In this document: positions 26,025-34,951 of the stretch, in pieces
Layout: the number at the start of each line of letters is the position of its first letter
Numbering within the stretch: the stretch's first letter is position 1
Origin: a virus
Lineage: Duplodnaviria; Caudoviricetes
Reading direction: 5' to 3' (one strand)
IMG/VR virus record: IMGVR_UViG_3300045933_000271
Span: 1-54,299 of that record
Length of the DNA stretch: 54,299 nt
Position numbers and translations under genes: made by a program
Notes under the pieces: generated by a model
What the model was told of the DNA's origin: nothing
The model's database searches: none
The model's input: only the letters and a program-made list of their open reading frames with translations

Positions 26025-26633
26025 CTATGCACCCCCCGCCAGAAGGATCCCCGAGGGCGACTGCACCTCGCGGATCGTCTTGAAGGTCACCGAGAGGGAC
26101 ATGCGCATCATGCCGGGGCGCTTGCCCAGTTCCTCGATCAGGTACTCCCCGTCGGCCTCGCCGCAGTCCACCCGGAGGATCTCGATGTAGTACCGCTTCC
26201 AGGTCCTGTGCCGCGGCTGCCAGCCGATGTAGCGGTCTGGCGGGAGTGGATCCATCCAGAAGCGGTGAAAGTGCCGCTGCATGTCCGTCAGCGTCGACAG
26301 GGTCTCAGCGAGCCAGATCTCCCGGTAGACCACGTCGTCCGAGAACTCGTCGAAGCGGGCCACCGCCGAGCCGTCCAGCGTCTTGGTGACGACGGTGTCC
26401 GCGCGGCGCAGGCCGTCGCTCCCGAGGTTGATGATGCGGTCGGGCGTGCGCGCGTAGACCAGGTCCTCGTGGTAGGGGTGGGTCATGCGAGGACCTCCCC
26501 CGGTGATGGGGTCCCCGTCGACCGCGGCATGGAGGCGACGGTCGTAGCGCGTGGCGGGACGCCACCAGGGAGAGAGCGGATCGAAGACCGCCTCTCCGTA
26601 GTTGGACGCAAGACCGCGCGTCAGCTCGTCCAC
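26025..26633 (-). CDS. Putative distal-tail-like protein
   Basis: Size and position after the tape measure; VVTKTLDGSAV. Confidence 0.5.
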   Translation of the reverse strand: MDELTRGLASNYGEAVFDPLSPWWRPATRYDRRLHAAVDGDPITGGGPRMTHPYHEDLVYARTPDRIINLGSDGLRRADTVVTKTLDGSAVARFDEFSDDVVYREIWLAETLSTLTDMQRHFHRFWMDPLPPDRYIGWQPRHRTWKRYYIEILRVDCGEADGEYLIEELGKRPGMMRMSLSVTFKTIREVQSPSGILLAGGA

Positions 26634-26636
26634 AGG

Positions 26637-27467
26637 TTACGCCTCCTCGTCGACCGTCAGGCCGGGGGTATCCATCACGCCGTCGAGGACGCTGATCAGG
26701 AATTTGCGGTCGTTCTTGCGGATGTCGATGTCGATCGTCACCTTGCGGCGGGACATCTCCCCCTCTTCCAGTTCCTCGCCGTCAGGGATGTCTGGCGTGG
26801 CCGCCTCCGCCAGGGTCTTCGTGGTGAAGGTCCTGGAGCGGTACTCCACCACGTTCCCGACGTCGTCCCGGACGATCTGGTCCTGGATCTGGTTGCCGCC
26901 CAGCTCGCCCAGGGTGCGCTGCAGGCGGAAGTTGGCCTCGAGGAGCATGTCCGCGATCTCGTCCAGGTCCACGAGCTCCCAGGAGATGGTGATCGATTCG
27001 CCGGCGACCAGCTGCAGGTCCCACTCGATCCGCAGAGTGTTGGCGTCCAGGAGGCGAATGGTCACCCCACGGCGCGGCTTGTGCTCGAGGATCTGGACGT
27101 CCAGGTTGATCGTGTCGCCGGCGGCGGGCGGGTTGAACGTCGCGCGGACGACGGTTGCGCTCAGGAAGTCCACGGTCGCGCCACGGTGATCGTCGGTCCG
27201 CTTCTCGCGGATCTGGGTGACGATCTGCGACGCTTCCATGTCCACGGCGTTGAAGGCCGCGGAGTCCTTCGTGCCGCCCACGTCGGCGTCGGTGATCGCG
27301 ATCGCGACGCGCTGGCGGAGGAGGTTCCGCCGGCGATCGCGTAGGGTCACCTTGAGCCACGACGATCCCGGCTTGACCGGCGCGACCAGAGCGAGATCCT
27401 TCGAGGTGCCCACGTCAGCGTCGGTGATGGTCTCGACGCCGCGCTTCGCGATGCTGAGGTCGCTCAT
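26637..27467 (-). CDS. Putative virion protein with internal repeat
   Basis: ITDADVGTSKD / ITDADVGGTKD duplication; AGAGGGG RBS. Confidence 0.7.
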   Translation of the reverse strand: MSDLSIAKRGVETITDADVGTSKDLALVAPVKPGSSWLKVTLRDRRRNLLRQRVAIAITDADVGGTKDSAAFNAVDMEASQIVTQIREKRTDDHRGATVDFLSATVVRATFNPPAAGDTINLDVQILEHKPRRGVTIRLLDANTLRIEWDLQLVAGESITISWELVDLDEIADMLLEANFRLQRTLGELGGNQIQDQIVRDDVGNVVEYRSRTFTTKTLAEAATPDIPDGEELEEGEMSRRKVTIDIDIRKNDRKFLISVLDGVMDTPGLTVDEEA

Positions 27468-27479
27468 GGTTTCCCCTCT

Positions 27480-28958
27480 CTATGCAGTAGGAACTGCCAC
27501 AATCTCGGAGCCGCCGGCGCCCTGGGTCCCGCGGCCGTTGCGCGTGTTCCGCTCGATCCTGGACAGGAACTGGACCGCGATGCGGTTGAGGTCGATGAGC
27601 GGCATGACGCTGCGGGAAATGTCCTCTCCCACGGTCGCGATCGCTACGCTCCCAGGTCCCGCCACGATGCCGCGCATCGCTTGTGAGGACTCGACGATCG
27701 ACTGGACTCCCGTGAAGGACTCCGTGGATATGTTTCCCCGTCGCGACAACAGCGCGCCGCCGATGCCGAGCGCCGCGGTCAGCGCGCCACCGATCAGATC
27801 GCTCCCGCCGGAGATCGCCTTGAAGGCCGCGGCAAGGCCGGTCTGAACCTGCTTCATCGCCTCCGAGATCGCGTTCTCGAACAGCGACTGCCCGGCGTTC
27901 GCCAGGATCTCCATCGGCTTTTCACCGCTAAGGATCCCGCGCTCGATCGCAGAGCCGAACGACGTCGAGAAGGAGTCGGCCAGTCCTTCGAGCCTCTTCT
28001 GGGCGTCCACCTTGCCCTGCGCCGACTTCGTCTTGTCGATTGCCAGCCCGAGCGCCGTCGGGTCGGTATTGGGATCCTTCAGAAGCGCGTCCAACTCCCG
28101 GCGAGCGGCTTGCGCTTCGATCTGAATGGCCTCGAGGGGCGAGATCAGCCCCGCCTGGAGCTGGATCGCCGTTCCCTGGAGAAGCTTGGCATTTTCCTCC
28201 GCGAGCACCGCGCGATCCTTGACCCCTTCGGCGCGAAGAAGGTCCCGCAGCTTCGCGCGGGCGAGTGTGATTGCCTGTTCATCATCCCGAATATTCACGC
28301 CCGCAAGTTCGTCCGATATTTCACCGCGCCCGAGCTTCGTCCGTGTGTCTGCCTGAGCTGACAGCCTCCTACGAATCTCGTCTTCCAGCTCTTGCCGCTG
28401 GCGAGCGATGATGGAAAGATCCCGCTGATTTCCAGTCTGGGTACGACCAATGAATGCGAGGTCCACCCCAAGATCTCGGTGAGCCTGAGCCACCTGGGCC
28501 ATCGCTTGGCCGAACTCTTTCGCAGCCTCAACCCCCTTGGGGGCCGTCTCGATGAATTTGAGGATTCCCGCCGTCAGTCCCGCCACGGCTCCAATCGCGA
28601 TTCCGATCGGGTGCGGGATCGCCAGCGCGATGGCAGCGAATGCCGAAAGCCCCGTCGACGCCGCGGTAACACCCTTACTCTGGCCGTCGCCGGCGAAGGA
28701 CTGGAAGGCCCCCTGCGCGGCAAACATGACTCCGGTGAGGCGAGCGATACGGGCGGTGAGTTGAATTGACTTCTTATCGATCGCAGTGAAGGTGTTGGAA
28801 ATCCGCTGGCCGCTTGTCTGAACGCTTTTGGCCGTGGCGTCCACGCGGGTACCGAAGCTGGTCATCTCCCCCTTGGCCGCCTGGACGTTCTTCTTCAGGT
28901 CCTGATATTGGGCCTTGAGTTCGACCAGGACGGAGCCGGCATTGAATTCACCGGCCAT
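27480..28958 (-). CDS. Tape measure protein (short, 492 aa)
   Basis: AGSVLVELKAQYQDLKKNVQAAK N-terminus; Ala/Gly-rich helical with hydrophobic segments; follows tail chaperones. Confidence 0.85.
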   Translation of the reverse strand: MAGEFNAGSVLVELKAQYQDLKKNVQAAKGEMTSFGTRVDATAKSVQTSGQRISNTFTAIDKKSIQLTARIARLTGVMFAAQGAFQSFAGDGQSKGVTAASTGLSAFAAIALAIPHPIGIAIGAVAGLTAGILKFIETAPKGVEAAKEFGQAMAQVAQAHRDLGVDLAFIGRTQTGNQRDLSIIARQRQELEDEIRRRLSAQADTRTKLGRGEISDELAGVNIRDDEQAITLARAKLRDLLRAEGVKDRAVLAEENAKLLQGTAIQLQAGLISPLEAIQIEAQAARRELDALLKDPNTDPTALGLAIDKTKSAQGKVDAQKRLEGLADSFSTSFGSAIERGILSGEKPMEILANAGQSLFENAISEAMKQVQTGLAAAFKAISGGSDLIGGALTAALGIGGALLSRRGNISTESFTGVQSIVESSQAMRGIVAGPGSVAIATVGEDISRSVMPLIDLNRIAVQFLSRIERNTRNGRGTQGAGGSEIVAVPTA

Positions 28959-29013
28959 GGCGCACCGTGTTCAAAACGGGGTATACTTTCCCTGCGTTCG
29001 AAGGAGAATCCAG

Positions 29014-29397
29014 ATGGCGAAGCTGGGATGGATCGTTGCGGCGCTCGCCGCGCTTCTCGTCACAGGAGCCGCCTACACGTCGGCTCCGGTCGACGACTCC
29101 AAGAAGCTCGACGAGATCAAGGCGCTGCTCGAGGAAAGCAACCGCCTGCAGCGCATAGACGTTCACCCAAGGCGCTACAAGGCTCACGCACTTTACACGC
29201 AGTGCGATTTCGGAAAGACCTGCGATGCCCTGGAGTCCCGAGCCAACAGACACGACTTGGACTTCGACGTTTTGAAGCCGCATCATTCGTTTGTCCCGGA
29301 ATGCATGGACAAGGCTGCCTGCAAAGAGCAGGAGGTCCAATACCAGCGTCGAAACGCGGAATTGGAAGAGTTTCTTAAGAAGTCCAAGGGCAAGTAG
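29014..29397 (+). CDS. Secreted or membrane-anchored moron on the opposite strand
   Basis: TATACT -10 at 28982, AAGGAG RBS, MAKLGWIVAALAALLVTGAA signal, four Cys. Confidence 0.75.
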   Translation: MAKLGWIVAALAALLVTGAAYTSAPVDDSKKLDEIKALLEESNRLQRIDVHPRRYKAHALYTQCDFGKTCDALESRANRHDLDFDVLKPHHSFVPECMDKAACKEQEVQYQRRNAELEEFLKKSKGK

Positions 29398-29402
29398 AGC
29401 TT

Positions 29403-29840
29403 TCACTTCTTCCTCCCGCGGAGGTCCTTCCGCAGTTGGTCGACCGACTGGGCGCTGAGTCCCGGAGCCACCACTTTTCCACCCCTGCGACCGGAGGACA
29501 CGAAGTCGATCTCCTTCTGAAGCGCCCGAGAGTACGATGCCGCGGCTTCGCCCTTGCTGAAGGCTGCGCCGATGGCCGCCAGGGTGACCTGGTGTGCATC
29601 CTGCTTCCGCTTGGCCTCGATCACCGTCGCCTCTCGCAGCATAATTTCCACCATGGACCGGTCCCACACTCCATCGGGATCCGCTAGTTCACTCAGGGTT
29701 GCCAGCCCGGCCGAACACAGCCGCGCCCATGCAACCTCGATCAGGATTTCTTCGCCTGGTCCGGGGTCGTCTGCGGCTCCTCCGTCTTCGGAAGCACCTT
29801 CGACAGCACGAACCTTCCGGCCAGGCTGAACGAGTTTTTT
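29403..29840 (-). CDS. Tail assembly chaperone GT extension (-1 frame)
   Basis: The -1 frame from the slippery site is open through KLVQPGRK..VWDRSMVEIMLRE to the stop at 29403. Confidence 0.8.
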   Translation of the reverse strand, partial: KKLVQPGRKVRAVEGASEDGGAADDPGPGEEILIEVAWARLCSAGLATLSELADPDGVWDRSMVEIMLREATVIEAKRKQDAHQVTLAAIGAAFSKGEAAASYSRALQKEIDFVSSGRRGGKVVAPGLSAQSVDQLRKDLRGRKK

Positions 29841-30199
29841 ATTGGGTCTCCGTGGCGGTTGAGGTCGAAGACCTCGCGGATCAGGGTGTGAGCGTCCTGG
29901 TGATCGATGTCTGGCCCGGCCACATCCTGATCCTTCTCGATCAGCGACATGCGTGCCACGTCGAGCACCCGGTCGCCGCCCTTCTCGAAGAAGTACTGCA
30001 GGGCCGCGTCCATGTCGCCGGCCACGTCGTCGGGAAGTCCCGCCGAGATCTTGTAGAGATGATTGGAGGCCGCCAGCCCCTTCGTATAGCTCCAGCGCCG
30101 GATCTCCACGGTCCTCCCGCAGACCGGGAGCACCACCAGCCGGGATCGTTCGATCCCGGCAGGGAGCTCGCCTGCTCCCTTCGCCACCTCGTCCGCCAT
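29741..30199 (-). CDS. Tail assembly chaperone (gpG analogue)
   Basis: Between major tail and tape measure; contains the slippery heptamer. Confidence 0.85.
   Translation of the reverse strand: MADEVAKGAGELPAGIERSRLVVLPVCGRTVEIRRWSYTKGLAASNHLYKISAGLPDDVAGDMDAALQYFFEKGGDRVLDVARMSLIEKDQDVAGPDIDHQDAHTLIREVFDLNRHGDPIKNSFSLAGRFVLSKVLPKTEEPQTTPDQAKKS
29834..29840 (-). other. Programmed -1 ribosomal frameshift site A AAA AAC
   Basis: CCA ATA AAA AAC TCG; XXXYYYZ heptamer in the correct phase; A-run is atypical for this GC-rich gene. Confidence 0.85.
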
Positions 30200-30231
30200 C
30201 TTCGCCTCCTCCTATCGAATCGCCCTCGCCG

Positions 30232-31257
30232 TTACGCCGTCTCCTTCGCGTAGTCCCCGAACGTCCCGTCCGCGTCGACCGCGATCTCGAGCGTGAGCGA
30301 CACCTTCCGGGTGTCCGACCCGTCGCCCAGGTCGATCGGGCCGTTGTTCTTCAGGAAGCAGCCCTGGAAGGGTCCCTCGATCTCGTCGTCGAACTGGACC
30401 TGGGCTTCGCATTCGATGGTGTCGCCCGGGTACATCTCGAACTTCGAGACGTTGACCTGCTGCTCGAAGAAGATGTGGATCGACGCCACCGTGCCCGGGT
30501 TCTCCAGATCTCCGTCCAGGACCGGGACGACGACGCCGTTTGTGAGATCCTCGACGTAATCGCCGCTTCCGCTGACGAAGATGTCCTCCCCATCGGCGTG
30601 CACGGCCGCCATGGTGCCCAGCTGAGCCCGGGCGAAGGTGACATCGTTCCCGTCGACGGCCGTCACCTTCAGGATCTCGTTCTGAATCTTGAGGAAGAGG
30701 CCGACTTCGAAGGTGATGCCGGGATAGTCCACGACGGCGTCCGTGATCGTGAGCGGGCTCGTGACATTGTTCCAGTCGCCGCCCGCCGTGTTCTCGGTGG
30801 AGTCGGTTTCGAGCGTGTCCTCCACGTAGGTGACATCGGTGCCCAGGGAGACCGAGCGGACGATGACGTTCTTGATCCCCGTCTTCCCCAGGGAGATCGA
30901 CACGCCGCCGCCGGGGTTCTTCACCGTGCGGTCGAACTTCTTATCCTTCGTCGAGGAGGTTGCCGCGCCGAACCCAAAGCCGTGGATCAGCTTGAGGTTG
31001 GCCATGTTGAGCTCGTCGATCACGAACTCGAGGCTGAGCTTTCGCTCCGTGATGATCTCGCGGTCCTTCGCTCGCTGCCCCAGGTAGTTCGAGAAGTGCT
31101 CGAGGGACTGGTTCTCGACGTTGTGTGAGAAGGAGACGATGTTTCCGAGCGTGAGCCAGTCTGCGGCGGCGCTCGATTCCTTGGGCCGGAGCCAGATCTG
31201 CATCTTGGTGGTGGCCCGGTAGTTGTCGCTGTTGTGTGCGCGGGAATTGTCGCTCAT
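30232..31257 (-). CDS. Major tail tube protein with inserted domain
   Basis: WLTLGNIVSFS..LEHFSNYLGQRAKDREII..FVIDELNMANLKL; insert EILKVTAVDGNDVTFARAQLGTMAAVHADG. Confidence 0.85.
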   Translation of the reverse strand: MSDNSRAHNSDNYRATTKMQIWLRPKESSAAADWLTLGNIVSFSHNVENQSLEHFSNYLGQRAKDREIITERKLSLEFVIDELNMANLKLIHGFGFGAATSSTKDKKFDRTVKNPGGGVSISLGKTGIKNVIVRSVSLGTDVTYVEDTLETDSTENTAGGDWNNVTSPLTITDAVVDYPGITFEVGLFLKIQNEILKVTAVDGNDVTFARAQLGTMAAVHADGEDIFVSGSGDYVEDLTNGVVVPVLDGDLENPGTVASIHIFFEQQVNVSKFEMYPGDTIECEAQVQFDDEIEGPFQGCFLKNNGPIDLGDGSDTRKVSLTLEIAVDADGTFGDYAKETA

Positions 31258-31274
31258 GGGATCTCCTCCTCAGT

Positions 31275-31778
31275 TCACGAGAGCGTGGGGGAAGCCAAGA
31301 AATTGAGCTTGCCCGACGCGAACACCGAGGCGTCGGCCAAACGGACGTAGCTGCCGGGGAGCTTGGGAGCGCGGACTGAGATCACGCGGAAGGCCCCGAT
31401 GGACGTGTTGGGCAGGGCCTCGCTGATCCACTCCAGGAGCTCGCCCATGAGGGCGCTTACGGCGTTGTTTTCCTTGGGAAGGCGCATCACGATCTCCCCC
31501 TGGAGGATGTGCTTCCCGCCGTAGCTCGCGGACTGGATCGGGCCGGAGATCGGGTCCCCGTAGATCGCCATCACCGGCTCCCGGCTGGGGTCGAAGGACG
31601 TTCCCGGAATCAGGTCCCGAAGGATGGTGTCGATCTCCGGCATCCAGCCGGCGAAGAGGTGGCGCTTCGTCTTGAGGGGGACATCCTTCAGGTAGGCATC
31701 CGACAGGAATCGGAAGTCCTGCGCGATCCTCTCGCAGAGGCCATCTTCGAACCCGACCAGGCGGATGGCGTCGTTCAC
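31275..31778 (-). CDS. Tail terminator-like protein
   Basis: Size and synteny immediately before the major tail gene. Confidence 0.6.
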   Translation of the reverse strand: MNDAIRLVGFEDGLCERIAQDFRFLSDAYLKDVPLKTKRHLFAGWMPEIDTILRDLIPGTSFDPSREPVMAIYGDPISGPIQSASYGGKHILQGEIVMRLPKENNAVSALMGELLEWISEALPNTSIGAFRVISVRAPKLPGSYVRLADASVFASGKLNFLASPTLS

Positions 31779-32356
31779 TTGGCGCCTCCCGCGCCCAGGA
31801 TCTCGCCCACGCGGCGGGCGATGGTCGGGGCCACGTTCTGCGCCTCATCCTGGACGGTGCCACTGACGAACTGGTTGCCCTCCTGGTGGACGTGCGGGGT
31901 GAGCAGCCAATGGAACTCGCCCGTGTCCTTGTCCGCCAGGAACAGGTAGTGCAGGATCGGGACGAGCTCGAGGTTCGGCTCCTCGCGCGGGCTTGAGAAC
32001 CGCGGGCCCGTCGCCGTCATGATGGGGTCGAGCGGGATGGCGAGCATCTGCGCCTTGACGGGCACGATGTCTCCGCCCTGGTCCCGGATCCTGGCGTACT
32101 CCTTGTTGAAGCCCCACCGGACGTTGATCTCGTCGCCTTTGATCTCCGAAGGCAGCACGATTCCCGAGGCCTGCAGCTCGCCGCTCCGAACGCTGATCTT
32201 CGCCTGAGCCTTCGCAAGCATGTCCTCGGCGATCTCGACCATGGCCCGCTCCGTCGCGGCGATCGCGACCTCGGCTGCTCTGTCGAGCTGATTGTTCACG
32301 CGGTCGATCTGAGCCTTCAGATTCCCCGTGTCGACGGTGATGAACGCCTTAGCCAC
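31775..32356 (-). CDS. HK97 gp10-like tail completion/neck protein
   Basis: AQAKISVRSGELQASG..GFNKEYARIRDQGG..PVKAQMLAIP. Confidence 0.8.
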   Translation of the reverse strand: MAKAFITVDTGNLKAQIDRVNNQLDRAAEVAIAATERAMVEIAEDMLAKAQAKISVRSGELQASGIVLPSEIKGDEINVRWGFNKEYARIRDQGGDIVPVKAQMLAIPLDPIMTATGPRFSSPREEPNLELVPILHYLFLADKDTGEFHWLLTPHVHQEGNQFVSGTVQDEAQNVAPTIARRVGEILGAGGAK

Positions 32357-32729
32357 GGCGGTCCTCCTGGACCGCGATGGCGGTCTTCACCAGGTCCACG
32401 CGGCTTTCGAAGGCGACGCCCCACTGGTCCTTCACGGTCTCGATGCCCACGACTTCGTAGGTGCGATGTCCGGACCTCACGATGATGTCGTCTTTCTCGA
32501 TGGCGGCGAGACCGTCGGGGCTGTAGATGAGCGTTGCGTCCGTCTTGATATCGCGCTGCCGGGCGTCGATCGTGATGCGGCCGCGCTCCTCGATGCGGCA
32601 CATGACGCGCACGGCCGACTCGTCGTCGGAGTGGAGCAGCTGGGCCATCTCCGGGCGGCCGCCGAGATTGAGCGTCCCCTTCTTGGGGCGCCGCACCGTC
32701 ACGGCCTCGTCGTAGTCGAATCCGAACAT
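32349..32729 (-). CDS. Head closure (stopper) protein
   Basis: 126-aa beta-rich, GHRTYEVVGIE; synteny; start moved to ATG 32729. Confidence 0.7.
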   Translation of the reverse strand: MFGFDYDEAVTVRRPKKGTLNLGGRPEMAQLLHSDDESAVRVMCRIEERGRITIDARQRDIKTDATLIYSPDGLAAIEKDDIIVRSGHRTYEVVGIETVKDQWGVAFESRVDLVKTAIAVQEDRRG

Positions 32730-32731
32730 GG

Positions 32732-33253
32732 CTATTCGAAGATCGGGGGGTGGCAGGTTCCGGGACCGTCCACGATGATCGTGTCGTAGGAGTCGATCAC
32801 CCTGTCGAGCTCGCGCCTCGAGCCTCCGGGCAGCATCGACCCTTCCGAGTCGAAGCTGCTCGATTGCCCGAGTTGGGACATGGACGTCACGCCTTCGGCC
32901 TGCATTCGCTTGAGCGCCTGGAAGCGCTGGCCGCCCTGGAGGTAGGCGTCGATCCACTCGCAGACGGCCAGCTTGACGCCGCGGGGGATCTCGCCGGCGG
33001 GGTCCTTTGCCGTGGGCCACGCGAGCGCCTGGGCTGCGACGGCCTTGGGCGGGAGAGGGCGGTAGCGGTCCACCAGGCGCGCCGCCTGGCGCAGGAGCCG
33101 GATCCGGATGGTCTCCCCGGTGGTCTCGCTCGATTCGGGACGGAGCGCGTCCCACTGCTCCGCCGAAAGGAAGCCGTCCATCAACTCGTCGGCTTCCTCG
33201 AGCGTGAGGTAGGAGTTCGCCTCGGGATCGCTGACCACCGCGTTCAAGTCCAT
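32732..33253 (-). CDS. Head-tail adaptor (DnaT-like family)
   Basis: EANSYLTLEEADE..LLRQAARLVD..QALAWP..IPRGVKLAVCE. Confidence 0.85.
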   Translation of the reverse strand: MDLNAVVSDPEANSYLTLEEADELMDGFLSAEQWDALRPESSETTGETIRIRLLRQAARLVDRYRPLPPKAVAAQALAWPTAKDPAGEIPRGVKLAVCEWIDAYLQGGQRFQALKRMQAEGVTSMSQLGQSSSFDSEGSMLPGGSRRELDRVIDSYDTIIVDGPGTCHPPIFE

Positions 33254-33273
33254 CTGTTTCCTCGCCAGGGAAA

Positions 33274-33304
33274 GGGCGGGGAAGGCATCGAACCTTCCCC
33301 GCCC
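33274..33304 (-). terminator. Hairpin after the major capsid gene (terminator or attenuator)
   Basis: 12-bp stem GGGCGGGGAAGG/CCTTCCCCGCCC with a short U tract on the minus strand. Confidence 0.6.
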
Positions 33305-33328
33305 GGAATTACCTCTCTCTCAGGGCCG

Positions 33329-34357
33329 CTACGCGGGGATCACCTGGGCCGTGACGATCGCGCGCGTGACCTTCATCACCGGCAGGCGCCGGTAGCGGCG
33401 GTAGAGCACGATCTTGGGCGGGTTGTCCTCGTGCTTCGACCACGCCCCGGCGCCCTGGACCAGCTGCATCTTGCCGGAGCTGTTCAGCACCGCGACGGTG
33501 CCTCGGGCGAACTCGCCCCAGCTGCGGTCGGCGGCCGGCAGGAACACGACCTTCCCGGCGGGGATGTGGTAGGTCCGGTTGCCCGTCACCGGGTGCTTGT
33601 AGTAGTGCAGGACCTCGACCCACGTCATCCCGTAGAGATTCGGGATCTCTCCGGAGCCCGCCATGCGCTCCGCGGTGGGGGTGCCGTTGATCAGGTCGCG
33701 CGTGGGCTCGTTGCCGAAGAGGGCGGACTTGACGCCGGGGCCCATGAGGGCGATACCCAGCTCTCGGCCCGCTTCCTCCCGGGGAACCTTGCGGATCGCC
33801 TCCACGTCCACGTCGATCTTCGCGGCCCCGTTCGCCCACGAGAGCGGGATGGTGCCGTTGCCGCCGCCGCCGCCGATCTTGAAGTGGTTGGCGGCGTTGA
33901 ACTTGTAGTCGATCGTGTGGAGGAGGTTCTTGATCTTGACGCTGATGCTGCCCTGGATCGCCTGGGAGAGCAGCATCTCGTCCTGGCGCGCGTGGCGCTG
34001 GGACAGGCGGTTCATCTTCTCCGCCACCTTGTTCTCGATCGTCTCCGCGCCGTCGGAGCCCGCGCGGCGGATCTGGATGACCTCTTCGCCGTCGAAGCTG
34101 TCCTCGTCGAAGCTGGTGATCAGCTTCGCCGAGCGGTTGCCGAGGACCTCCTCGTCCATGACGTTGGCCGGGTCGTTGTCGCCCGTGAAGGCGCCCACGT
34201 CCTCGAGCTCCGTCTTCTCATCCCACTGGTAGCTCTTGCCGTCGATGGGCTTCGACGCCAGGATGCCCCGGTTCAGGAGGGGCGTGCCGACGCTCTTGTA
34301 CTTCTGCACGAGTTCCGTCAGGGTCTCCTGCCGGAAGATTTCCATGTCCTTGCTCAT
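33329..34357 (-). CDS. Major capsid protein (lambda gpE-like, HK97 fold)
   Basis: 342 aa; RQDEMLLSQAIQG..IDY..SWAN..YHIPAGKVVF..RRLPV; follows protease and decoration genes. Confidence 0.88.
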   Translation of the reverse strand: MSKDMEIFRQETLTELVQKYKSVGTPLLNRGILASKPIDGKSYQWDEKTELEDVGAFTGDNDPANVMDEEVLGNRSAKLITSFDEDSFDGEEVIQIRRAGSDGAETIENKVAEKMNRLSQRHARQDEMLLSQAIQGSISVKIKNLLHTIDYKFNAANHFKIGGGGGNGTIPLSWANGAAKIDVDVEAIRKVPREEAGRELGIALMGPGVKSALFGNEPTRDLINGTPTAERMAGSGEIPNLYGMTWVEVLHYYKHPVTGNRTYHIPAGKVVFLPAADRSWGEFARGTVAVLNSSGKMQLVQGAGAWSKHEDNPPKIVLYRRYRRLPVMKVTRAIVTAQVIPA

Positions 34358-34428
34358 TGCTCTGTTCTCCTCTTTCTTCCACCTCTACCAGGGCGAGCCC
34401 GACAGGGGCGGCCCCATCCGCTCCGCTT

Positions 34429-34881
34429 CTACACGAAGCGGATGAGCTTGGCCTTTCCCTGCGCCACGCCCTGCCGGGTCGCGTCGGCGCTGTTGTACTC
34501 CAGCTCGCTGTTCTTGACCTGGCCGTGGACGAGGCAGTTGCCCTGGCAGTTCTGCCGGTCGCCGTTCTTGTCCTTCAGGTCGACCCACTCGTCGAGGATC
34601 ACCACGTCGGTGACGTCGTTGTTGACGGGGGCGTCGGCGTGGTCCAGGTCGACGTACATCCCGTCGTTCGCCCCGCCGTTGATGACCTTGACCAGGACGA
34701 GGCCGGGCCGGAGCTTGTGCTCGAAGCCGACGTTGCCCTCGTCGTCCGTGTCCTTGTGGATCCGGACGCCGTCGAAGGACGAGTGCGCCCGATCGCTGTA
34801 CAGGTAGTTGCTCTGGGTCTGCTCGACCGGGTCGCTCACGCCCGGGAGCTGGCTGTGTCCGAGGTGATCGTTGTAGCCCAT
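34429..34881 (-). CDS. Head decoration protein (gpD-like position)
   Basis: LRPGLVLVKV..VVILDEWVDL..LVHGQV. Confidence 0.75.
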   Translation of the reverse strand: MGYNDHLGHSQLPGVSDPVEQTQSNYLYSDRAHSSFDGVRIHKDTDDEGNVGFEHKLRPGLVLVKVINGGANDGMYVDLDHADAPVNNDVTDVVILDEWVDLKDKNGDRQNCQGNCLVHGQVKNSELEYNSADATRQGVAQGKAKLIRFV

Positions 34882-34951
34882 TGCTATGTCCTCCGTGTTC
34901 TATCCAAACCTTCAGGCGCCCGCGGCGACATGCCGCGCGCGCGGGAGCCGT

